The translations under genes and the position numbers were made by a program. Of a DNA stretch of 37,926 bases, positions 22,994 through 31,000 are shown in pieces; the first letter of the stretch is position 1; every line of letters begins with the position of its first letter. Where the stretch lies: the IMG/VR virus record IMGVR_UViG_3300036791_001337, positions 1-37,926 of that record. One strand, given 5' to 3'. Origin of the DNA: a virus. The notes beneath the pieces were generated by a model, which saw nothing but the letters and a program-made list of their open reading frames with translations, was not told the DNA's origin and ran no database searches.

Positions 22994-23054
22994 TGGTGCC
23001 GAAGGGGGGAGTTGAACCCCCACGCTGTTAAACAGCGGCAGATTTTGAGTCTGC
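22994..23054 (-). other. attP core: 3' ~61 nt of a tRNA-Leu(CAA) gene (anticodon arm, long variable arm, T-arm, acceptor 3' strand, CCA); not a complete tRNA
   Basis: The reverse complement reads GCAGA-CTCAAAA-TCTGC / CGCTGTTTAACAGCG / GGGGG-TTCAACT-CCCCC / CTTCGGC-A-CCA. The 5' acceptor strand GCCGAAG and a D-arm are absent upstream. Confidence 0.75.
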
Positions 23055-23063
23055 TGCGGCGGG

Positions 23064-23187
23064 GTTGCACCGACCTGCATTAACTAGCAAAGTGACGCAA
23101 AACACAAGACTTACAACTTAGACTTATTGCACCAAGGGTAATCGAGTCGCACCTAGTTGCAACTGGAACTGGCACTAAAACTGGCAC
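23064..23187. promoter_or_regulatory. attP right arm: GTTGCA/ATTGCA motifs plus two AACTGGCAC repeats
   Basis: GTTGCA at 23064-23069, ATTGCA at 23126-23131, GTTGCA at 23155-23160, and AACTGGCAC at 23167-23175 and 23179-23187. Confidence 0.45.
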
Positions 23188-23660
23188 TCGGTTTCGGAGG
23201 GCAAGACGCCTAGTCGTTACCAAGGCTTGAATACCCTTTCGCTTTCCCTTCACTACTGCAAAAATTTGATCGGCGTGGTAATGGGGAAGGGGGGACGCGC
23301 AAGCTCCGAGGATGAGCGAAGCGAATCCGAGGAGCAGGGGGATGGGGACTTGAAAAAAGTGCGAAGCGACCACAAAGAAAAAGCTGGAGACAATCTCTTA
23401 TATATATTCTTAGTAGTAGTAGGCGACCCTTCCCTCTTGCAGCGCCGCGCAGCCCCATGCGCGTCCCGATGTCTGCCTGCGCTTCAGTGCTTGTTGAAAA
23501 GCCAATGGAAAAGCGGTGAATGTCCTGTTCAATCCGCTCGAAATCTGTGGAAACCGGCGGTCATCTCGACTGGCGAAAAGCGCAGCCGGTACTAGGACTT
23601 TCGTACCATCGCGCGGCGGCCGACAAAGGTCGATGGGTTCCTACTTAGGAGGGAAACTTT

Positions 23661-24266
23661 ATGAACAAATCACGTTTGATTCTAGCAGTCGCAGCAGCGG
23701 TGGGACTTATGGGGCTCGAGATTCCGGCGGCCCTGGCCCAGTCTGCCTTTCAGCTTGAGGATGGCACGCCGATCGAGCTCCGTCTGGCGCGGAGGCTGTC
23801 ATCGGCCGATGCCCAGGTCGATGAAAGGGTGAATTTTGAAGTCCTCGAGGACGTCGTAGTCAAAGGCGCCCTGGTGATTCCCAAAGGCAGCGTTGCCCTG
23901 GGAACGATCACGGAGGCACAGTCGAAGCGAAGGATGGGACGAGGGGGTAAACTCGGCGTCGAACTCGATTCGGTTCGCCTGGCAGATGGCGAGAAGTGCG
24001 CCATCAGCGCAACAAAGAACGAAAAAGGGGGAGGACATGTCGGTGCAATGACCACCGGGATGGTAGCCAGTGCCCTGGTAGTTGCGCCGGTGGTGGCACC
24101 GTTGTTTCTGCTGATGCACGGTAAAGACATCACCATGCCGAAGGGTACGCCGATCACAGCCTATGTCGCGGGAACGATGAACCTAGATGCTACGAAGTTT
24201 TCAGCGTCGGCGGCAGCGGAGGCGCAAGCGGTAGAAGTCTTGCCGGCCCCTACCTTCGCGAATTAG
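23661..24266 (+). CDS. Secreted/membrane-anchored moron protein (signal peptide, C-terminal hydrophobic segment)
   Basis: MNKSRLILAVAAAVGLMGLEIPAALAQS signal peptide. AGGAGGG SD. Visibly lower GC than the structural genes. Confidence 0.7.
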   Translation: MNKSRLILAVAAAVGLMGLEIPAALAQSAFQLEDGTPIELRLARRLSSADAQVDERVNFEVLEDVVVKGALVIPKGSVALGTITEAQSKRRMGRGGKLGVELDSVRLADGEKCAISATKNEKGGGHVGAMTTGMVASALVVAPVVAPLFLLMHGKDITMPKGTPITAYVAGTMNLDATKFSASAAAEAQAVEVLPAPTFAN

Positions 24267-24323
24267 TCCAGGAAGGCGGCCGCCGGCGAAGGTCGATGAA
24301 TTTCAAATTAAGGGGTGAACTTT

Positions 24324-24713
24324 ATGAGCAGAGCGAAAAAGTTGGCTGGCTGTTTGGTAGCAGTCCTAGTGCTAGCAAGCGCAGGCGTGCAGGCTAAAAA
24401 GGATCGTCAACAAGATCCGGCCCTCGAGCGCCGGCAGCAATTCGTTGTTGGCTACACTCAGCTCTTGGAGCGGGCCGGTTGGGAGGGCGAGGCAACACCC
24501 ATTCTGGCTGGGAAAAACAAAGATGTGCTTCTCATCTGGATGCCTGGTGAATTGGTTGAGCGGATGTATCGCTTTGAAAATCTCTGCGTGGAGCCGCTCC
24601 TCAAAGAAGAAGCGTCAGAGATGAAAGATCTTAGCTTCATCGGAATAGAGATCAAGACGGATTCCTTCTCGGTCTCGTTCCCGAAGGGAGTCTGGGATCT
24701 TCCCCTGCAGTAA
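24324..24713 (+). CDS. Secreted moron protein (signal peptide)
   Basis: MSRAKKLAGCLVAVLVLASAGVQAKK signal peptide. I prefer ATG 24324 to the GTG 24315 used in the ORF track. Its leader resembles that of the preceding gene. Confidence 0.65.
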   Translation: MSRAKKLAGCLVAVLVLASAGVQAKKDRQQDPALERRQQFVVGYTQLLERAGWEGEATPILAGKNKDVLLIWMPGELVERMYRFENLCVEPLLKEEASEMKDLSFIGIEIKTDSFSVSFPKGVWDLPLQ

Positions 24714-24735
24714 TTCAAGCCCACGGTTTCACGTT

Positions 24736-25002
24736 TTACGCGGCCGGCGGCGGCTTGCGGAGCCCAGCGCCACGGCGGTTCTCCCTGCCGCGGCGAACAC
24801 GTCCGGCCGCCTTATCAACGGCGTAGAGAACAGCTCCGACAGCAACCAGGAATTCGGCGGCCTCGTCGAGGTCCTGGGCCGGAAGCTGTCCGGTGCGAAC
24901 GACGATGGTAGTAAGCCAGAGGACGAGGGCGATCAGGCAGAGGGCAACGCCCCAGCGGGATAGACGGGCAGGCGAATTGGTGAGAGAGCGCCAGAGACCC
25001 AT
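24736..25002 (-). CDS. 88-aa two-TM protein with a highly basic C-terminus; holin-like; last gene of the late operon
   Basis: WGVALCLIALVLWLTTIVV and FLVAVGAVLYAV helices, with tail RVRRGRENRRGAGLRKPP. Confidence 0.5.
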   Translation of the reverse strand: MGLWRSLTNSPARLSRWGVALCLIALVLWLTTIVVRTGQLPAQDLDEAAEFLVAVGAVLYAVDKAAGRVRRGRENRRGAGLRKPPPAA

Positions 25003-25017
25003 GAGGGTTCCTGAGAT

Positions 25018-26004
25018 TCAGGCCACATAGCCGTAGTTACCGCTGCCGCCCGTCGCCGGCGCGGCGATGATGATCTGAAAGAGCTGGCTGCCGTTTTGGC
25101 TGTTGGCATCGGTGACGGTCGTGGTGAAGTTGAACGTGCCGGTCGCGGTCGGCGTACCGGTGATCAGGCCGCCGCTCGACATCGAGAGGCCGGGGGGTAA
25201 GCCGCCACCAGTGAACGAGCTCCGCACGCTGTTCGGCCGGAATTGATTCGGCCGGAATTGATTCGGCCGGGACGATGAAACGATAGATAGGGTTCCGGTC
25301 GAGAATGAATACGGACTCGTGCCGCCTTGCGCAGTGATGGTGTTCGAATAAGCGGTGCCGATGACCCCGCCCGCGAGGTCTTGTGCGACCGGCACCGGGC
25401 CGCCGCCTCCGACGACTGGAGCGGGCGAGCCGTACAACAGCTTCCGGCCGTCACCGGCATGGCTGATGCCATAGGAGGTAGGCACGTTCGAGGAATAGGT
25501 ACCAACGTTGATTTCAGCCGCGCCTTGATAGATTCTGGCGCCGCTCGCCTGACTGAGGATGTTGTACTTGACCCAGCGGTGTGTGACCGCGCCGCCGGAA
25601 AACGGCCCGAAGATTTTCTGCGTGGCATTGTTCGGCAGACCGCTCGCGGTATAAATCGCCGTCCCCCAAGTCGAGCCGTCATCGCTCACGTAGATTTCGA
25701 TCGAACCCGGAAAATCAAGATTCCCGTCCTGTCGGGGCAGCACGGTCACGGTATCAAAGGTTTTGGCCGATCCCATGTCAATCACGAACCAAGCGGGAAA
25801 CGTGCCATTCGTCGACCAGAACGTTGAAGTATTGCCATCGATGGCGTTGGCCGCCGCGCCGAAGGTCACCTCGCTGGCCGAAACCACCCAAGATCCGCGC
25901 GGCAGGGGAATAGCGCCGGGTCCAGAACTGGTCAAGACCGTCCGGGCCAGCGTCTCGCTCGTGAGAATATTCGAACCCAGACAGATCTGAGCGGAGGCAA
26001 TCAT
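25018..26004 (-). CDS. Discoidin (F5/8 type C, CBM32-like) plus He_PIG-type Ig domain protein; probable receptor-binding/adhesin
   Basis: AIDGNTSTFWSTNGTFPAWFVIDMGSAKTFDTVTVLPRQDG...IEIYVSDDGSTWG is the discoidin part. GGTSPYSFS...LPPGLSMSSGGLITGTPTATGTFNFTTTVTD is He_PIG-like. ATG 26004 overlaps the upstream stop. Confidence 0.65.
   Translation of the reverse strand: MIASAQICLGSNILTSETLARTVLTSSGPGAIPLPRGSWVVSASEVTFGAAANAIDGNTSTFWSTNGTFPAWFVIDMGSAKTFDTVTVLPRQDGNLDFPGSIEIYVSDDGSTWGTAIYTASGLPNNATQKIFGPFSGGAVTHRWVKYNILSQASGARIYQGAAEINVGTYSSNVPTSYGISHAGDGRKLLYGSPAPVVGGGGPVPVAQDLAGGVIGTAYSNTITAQGGTSPYSFSTGTLSIVSSSRPNQFRPNQFRPNSVRSSFTGGGLPPGLSMSSGGLITGTPTATGTFNFTTTVTDANSQNGSQLFQIIIAAPATGGSGNYGYVA
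25232..25270. repeat. 15-bp in-frame tandem repeat TTCGGCCGGAATTGA x2.6 (encodes RPNQF-RPNQF-RPN)
   Basis: Units at 25232-25246 and 25247-25261 are identical, and 25262-25270 is a partial third copy. Confidence 0.9.
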
Positions 26005-26858
26005 CAGGCTACCTTGATGAACAGCGTGCCGCGCTGATTGTTGTGCGTGATCGCCATGAAGGTGCCGCTGTCCCATGACACCGTAGTCTCTCCGGTGTAA
26101 GGAGCCGGAATGGCAATGGAATCCCAGATCTGCCCACGCCAGGTAATTGCTTGGGCACTCAAGCCCGTTGCGCCGGAATCGTTCCAGCCCAGGAGCGCGT
26201 CGTTGACTGGAAGCGAGCCGTCAGCCCAAGTTAAGCCGGTGGCCTGGGCCCAACTGGTGGGTGCGCTCGGCACTGTCGGCCCGCCGGCTACGGCCGCCCC
26301 GTTATAGAGCGACCCGTTCCAAAGTGTGCAGAAATAAGTACTATTCTCATTTACGGGGGTCAGGGCACGTAAGGTGAGATTCGCAGTGGTGGTCGTATCC
26401 GTGTTGCCCGTAAACTCAAACCATCCCATCTCCAAGGGACTGAGCACGATAAAGCTGGGCACCGAAAGCGTGCCGCACATCACGATCTCGCGGGCGTTTT
26501 GGTTGTTGGCGCCGCCGGTCGAGAAGAAAAAGAACTGGTATTTATCGGCGATGATCCGGAACTGCTTGGCGCTTGTGGGCAGCATGTAGGCAATCGCCGA
26601 GACCTTGTCGCCTGCCGCCGTGCGCATGGTGACCTGAGCGCAGTTGCCGCTGCCGGGGTCTTTCGCCTCGATGCAGATGGACAGGCCCTGCGGAGTGACG
26701 GCGGACTTCATCACTACGTCGCCAGTGCCCCCACCACTGAGGGTGCTCCAGCCCGCCGAGGTCAGCGCAGTCGCCAGTTGAGTGACCAGCTGGCTGCGGG
26801 TGCCGTCCGAGTTAAAGGTGGTGTTGACGAGGGTGCCGCCGGCGTACTGAATCGACAT
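26004..26858 (-). CDS. 284-aa tail-associated hypothetical protein
   Basis: Internal ATG 26858 (MSIQYAGGTLVNTTF...) preceded by GAGG, just after the fibre stop at 26866. Confidence 0.6.
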   Translation of the reverse strand: MSIQYAGGTLVNTTFNSDGTRSQLVTQLATALTSAGWSTLSGGGTGDVVMKSAVTPQGLSICIEAKDPGSGNCAQVTMRTAAGDKVSAIAYMLPTSAKQFRIIADKYQFFFFSTGGANNQNAREIVMCGTLSVPSFIVLSPLEMGWFEFTGNTDTTTTANLTLRALTPVNENSTYFCTLWNGSLYNGAAVAGGPTVPSAPTSWAQATGLTWADGSLPVNDALLGWNDSGATGLSAQAITWRGQIWDSIAIPAPYTGETTVSWDSGTFMAITHNNQRGTLFIKVA

Positions 26859-26865
26859 AGGAGCC

Positions 26866-28005
26866 TCACGTTTCAAGCTGGGCGGTAAAATTCCAGGCGC
26901 TGGTTCCTGTCGCCACGTCAATGCTGAACACGTCGCCGGCCGCCACGGGCAGCGGCACCGAAGTCAGGGCCGCGGAGGTGCTGACCGTTCCGGACGCGGT
27001 TCCTGCAGCGACGGTGGGGTCGGCCGAGAACACGTCGGTTCCGTTCTGTTTGATCTTGATGGTCAGGCCGGTCGAGCCGTCGCTGGCCTTGGTGACGATC
27101 ACGCACTTCGAGAACGTGCCGGCGCGCGGGGCGGCCAGCATGGGACCGACGTTGGTTCCGGCCGCTCCCGAGTTGATGATGAATCCGACGGTGAGGCCTG
27201 CCGCGCCGGCTCCGGGCGGAACAGCCCAGGTGCCGTCGGCCTTGAGAAACTTGCCGGCCGCCGCCGTTCCGGCGACCGGCGCAGGAACCGTGCCGCGCGT
27301 GCCGCCGCTGCCCGAGTCGCCCGTCATATCGGAGACGGCCAGCGTGCGGTCGGCGGACAGATCTCCGCCGCCCGTGACTGGAGCGGTCGTCAGGATTTGC
27401 CGGGAACGCAGGGCAAGCGCGGTCGGTTCCCACTTGGCCGAGCTCGAGGAATACTGCAGCGCATCGCCGTCGGTGGGTCCGCCATCAATGGGCTTGGACT
27501 GAAGGCCGATGACTTGCTGCGAAGACGAGGTCCCCGATAGGTCTCCCCCTGCAGCAAAAGCCCCCATCGGGAGAGGGGTCGGCTCCCACTTGCCGGACGA
27601 CGCCGAGTACTTCAATACATTGCCGTCGGTGGGTCCGCCGTCGATGGGCTTCGATTGCAGCCCGATCACTTGCTGCGAGCTACTCGAGCCCGAGAGATCT
27701 CCGCCTGGCGAGAACCCTCCACCGGCTGCCGGCGTAATGGCCCAGGTACCGTCCGCCTTCAAAAACTTCCCGGCAGCGGCGTCCCCTGGCCCTGGCGGAG
27801 GCACGGCGCCGATGGCGCCACCGGATCCTGAGTCGCCGGTGAATTCCGCGACAGAGGCCGAGATATCACGCAGCTCGAGGGAAGGATTATTTGGGTCCGG
27901 GTAGGCAGTGCTCGCCTGCCACTTGACGTTGACGGATCCGGTGGGCGCCGCCGGCGTCGTATCGTTCAGGTTTGCTTCGGTTGGAGTTTGGCCGAGGACC
28001 GGCAT
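26866..28005 (-). CDS. Tail fibre protein with internal sequence repeats
   Basis: TGDSGSGG..G.VP.P..G.AAAGKFLKADGTWA occurs twice. GGDLSG(S/T)SSSQQVIGLQSKPIDGGPTDG..L.YS.SS.KWEPT occurs twice with a 52-aa period. Confidence 0.75.
   Translation of the reverse strand: MPVLGQTPTEANLNDTTPAAPTGSVNVKWQASTAYPDPNNPSLELRDISASVAEFTGDSGSGGAIGAVPPPGPGDAAAGKFLKADGTWAITPAAGGGFSPGGDLSGSSSSQQVIGLQSKPIDGGPTDGNVLKYSASSGKWEPTPLPMGAFAAGGDLSGTSSSQQVIGLQSKPIDGGPTDGDALQYSSSSAKWEPTALALRSRQILTTAPVTGGGDLSADRTLAVSDMTGDSGSGGTRGTVPAPVAGTAAAGKFLKADGTWAVPPGAGAAGLTVGFIINSGAAGTNVGPMLAAPRAGTFSKCVIVTKASDGSTGLTIKIKQNGTDVFSADPTVAAGTASGTVSTSAALTSVPLPVAAGDVFSIDVATGTSAWNFTAQLET
27415..27705. repeat. Intragenic tandem duplication (156-bp period) inside the tail fibre gene
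   Basis: Codons 101-145 and 153-197 encode near-identical 45-aa blocks. Confidence 0.8.
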
Positions 28006-31000
28006 CAGTTCACGTAGGTGTCGCCGCTGACGATGGCGACCGGTGAAGCGCCGCTCGCGGGCAGGGTTGCGCTGGCTTCCCAGCCGCGCCCGACCGCGGC
28101 GGAGATCTGGTAGATATTCACGGTGAGTGAGCTCTGCACGGAGCCGAAGTCGACGATCTGCTGCGCGGCGGTATAAACGGCGGTAGCGGCGGTGACGCTG
28201 ATGGTGCGCTTCACCGTGCTGCCGGACATCACGTCGATCTGATAGGCCTCGCTCGCCTCATTGAGCGGCCCGTTGAGCCCATCGATCAGCGCTTCGGCGC
28301 CCGTGCCATAACTGCCGCCATAGCGCGTGCGGCGCGTCCAGGTGATGGTCCAGTTATTCGAGGCGTCCTGGGATCCCCCGATGTTCACCACGCTGTAAGG
28401 CTTGAGGTCGTTGCCGGCGAGCGTCATGTCTGTATCGGGCACGGCCGTGACGGATTGGCCGCTGGTCACGCCGCGGTAGTAGCGAGCCAGCCCGATCCAG
28501 GAATTTGGCTCCGCCTCGCGCAGGACCGTTGCCGCGGCCAGAGCTGTTTCGCCGGTCGCGTGCGAACCGCAAGCATTATCCGTGCCGCGCCGTCCGCGCA
28601 GCAGGCGCGAGATCGTGAAGCTCCCGCCGCCATTGTCCGTGCAGTCCGCAAACTGGATCACTTCGTTTCCGACGACGAGCCTGTTCGACCCGGCGAGCAC
28701 GTTGGCGTCGCTTTCGCCGGCGAGCGTCCCGATCACCATCTGGATGGTGAGTGTGTTGACCGTATCCCAGGCCCAGGGCGAAGAGGGCGCCGCGAGTGCG
28801 GCGGTGGGATAGCCGAAGCTCGCGGGCGTGGTGGTATCGAGGATGTCGCTGAAGCTGGCATCATCAGTCGACATATAGAGCGAACCGCCGCCCCAGGTGG
28901 AGTCTCCGGAGCTCAGCGCCACATAGAAACCGGTTCCGCCGGGATTCGCGTCCAGATCATGCAGCAGCGGAATATCGAGCAGAAAGAGCTGCGTCCAGGC
29001 GAGGCCACGCATGGTGCCCCCGCCGGTCGCGCTCGCGCTTGTACCGCCCCCGCCGCCCGGGCTCCCGCCGCTGCCCGCGCCCCCCGTGCTCCCGCCGCTC
29101 GCGCCGATCGACGTCGACAGGTAATTGCGATAATCCTCGAGCACGCCCTCGAGCGCCACGGCCAGGCCCTGGCCGAGGTGGCTGGAAGTTATCCGCATGG
29201 TGTAGGCGACGTCCTCGTAGACGAAGCTCACCAGGTCCGTAGGGTCGAGCAGGGCCCAGGAAGCCCGCCAGAGATTCATCTGGTAGCCCAGGCGGTTGAA
29301 CCAGGTGGAATAGAGATCAGCTTCGGCAATCTGATGCGCTTCGGTGGGCAAAAAGCTGAAGGGCAGCGAGAGAACGCGCTGATTGCGGGTCCCGATGGTG
29401 AGGATGCGCGGATTCCGCATCTTGATCTGTTTCCCTTGCTCATAATTCAACTGCTGGTCATTGAACAGTACAGTAGTCGAGATGGGCAGGTCCTGCTCCT
29501 GCGACTGCTGCTCGACGATCTCCGTCTGATCCTCGTGGAGGCCGAGATCATCCTCAGCAATCGTCAGAGCGTAGGGCTGAGGCATGCCGCGGGGTACAAA
29601 TCTCACGGCGCCGCCCGATTCGCAGGCATCGATGAAGTAGGCGCGCATGATCTCCTGCAGGGATTGTGCGGCCGTGGTGGGGCGATTGATCACGTAGCCA
29701 CGCATCGCCTGCACGGGCTGGACGTTGGTATCCGTGATCAGCGAGGTGTCGATCTCGGAGCTATCGAGTCCGGCGCGCAGGCAAAGGTCATCGATCGCCC
29801 CCGCCAGGCTGGACGGCACGCAGGGGCCGCCGCCTCCGCCGAAGGTGCCGCAACTGAAATCGTCCACTGTACAGCTCCAGTGGTAAAACCACAGGCCGGC
29901 ATGGATGAAGGCGGAGGGGTCTTCGGTAGGCGAGGTCGGTGGCCAGATCGGATTGTCGGTCGTGTACACCGGTGGGGTCTGATTGTATTGGACCTCAAAA
30001 AACACCGGGCCGGAATACAGAGTCGTGGAGTTCACGATCACCCGGAAAGTGGAGCCTTGGGCCTCGAAGCGGACAACGTCCCCGTTATGCAACATGCCGC
30101 CTGGCATCGCCACAGCAGTGGGGTGCGTCGAATCCACGAAATACGTGCCGAAGGAATCGTAAAGTTGCCAAAAATTGTCGATCCCGTCGAAGGCCAGGTT
30201 CCACGCATAGGGGGCGGGGTTGCCTCCAACTCCTCCGCTATCGGACCGCAGGAGCAAGATCAGGCCCCCGTTGCTGCTGATGTAGGTCACCTGCACCCAT
30301 TGGTCTTGGGCTAAGGCCTGGTTCGCAAGAATCATATCGTCGGTTGCCGGAGTTGCGGTTTCGGTGCCCACCAGTTGGTCGCTGACAATATCTAGGGTTC
30401 CGTGACTCTGGCCTGCTTTGGGCGGGAAGGCCGTCCAGTTGGAACCGACGGGGCCGTCGGCCCGGTTGAAAGCGTCCGAAAACAGAGTCGATGGTTCGCC
30501 ACCCGACGTTGAGGGCGAACTGCAGAAGATAACGTCGGCGCGCAGGTTGGGAACGCGATTGCCGAAGTTGGCGAGCGGGAAATCCTCCCATACACAATAA
30601 GCGATGCCGCGAAAGGCGGGCGTGTTGTTGGCACCTTCGATACCCTGGATGAGCGGATCAGGAAGTTGGGTCTGGTTGCCTGGATAGAAGGTGGGCGCCT
30701 GGTAGTAAGCCGTCACTTGCTGCCAGTGCTGCGGGCTCGAGGGCGGATGATCGTTGAGTGAGGGACGGATGCAGGCATAGACAGTGCCGTACTGAGCGAC
30801 CTCCGATTGCAGGCCGGGATAAACCACTTCGTTGCCGGGGTAATACTGGATGCTGGAGAGCCAGAAGGCGTAGGGCGCCGTCGCCCAATAGAGCTGCTCG
30901 CCCTCCGGGATCACATTCGTGTTAGGCAGGATGCACTGGTAGATTTGCGTCGTGCCGCCGCCAATCGGCGGAAAAAACCGGAAAGTGACGATGTCGTCCT

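Noticed and set aside
22994-23085. Possibility of a complete phage-encoded tRNA-Leu
   Set aside because: Only the anticodon arm, variable arm, T-arm and 3' acceptor strand are present. The sequence upstream (…GCAGGTCGGTGCAACCCCGCCGCA) has no GCCGAAG acceptor strand and no D-arm with conserved GG. I interpret it as the attP core.
23080-23373. 97-aa minus-strand ORF with a lipoprotein-like N-terminus (LLLGFASLILGAC)
   Set aside because: It has a GTG start without an SD. Its C-terminal half (VPVLVPVPVAT...) is simply the translation of the AACTGGCAC/GTTGCA attP-arm repeats. It could still be a small lipoprotein moron, but the evidence is insufficient.
25232-25270. Short repeat array as a CRISPR or other spacer-repeat locus
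   Set aside because: The units are 15 bp, contiguous without spacers, in-frame inside a coding gene, and there are no cas genes. It is a simple tandem duplication.
25018-28005. Diversity-generating retroelement targeting the fibre/adhesin genes
   Set aside because: There is no reverse transcriptase ORF (no YxDD motif) anywhere in the closed genome. There is also no template/variable repeat pair with adenine-specific differences. The repeats seen are in-frame intragenic duplications.
28455-30314. 619-aa plus-strand ORF, the longest plus-strand ORF in the track
   Set aside because: It is entirely antisense to the 1054-aa host-specificity gene. Its composition is dominated by Arg/Ala/Gly/Pro, as expected for a shadow ORF in GC-rich DNA, and I recognise no motif.
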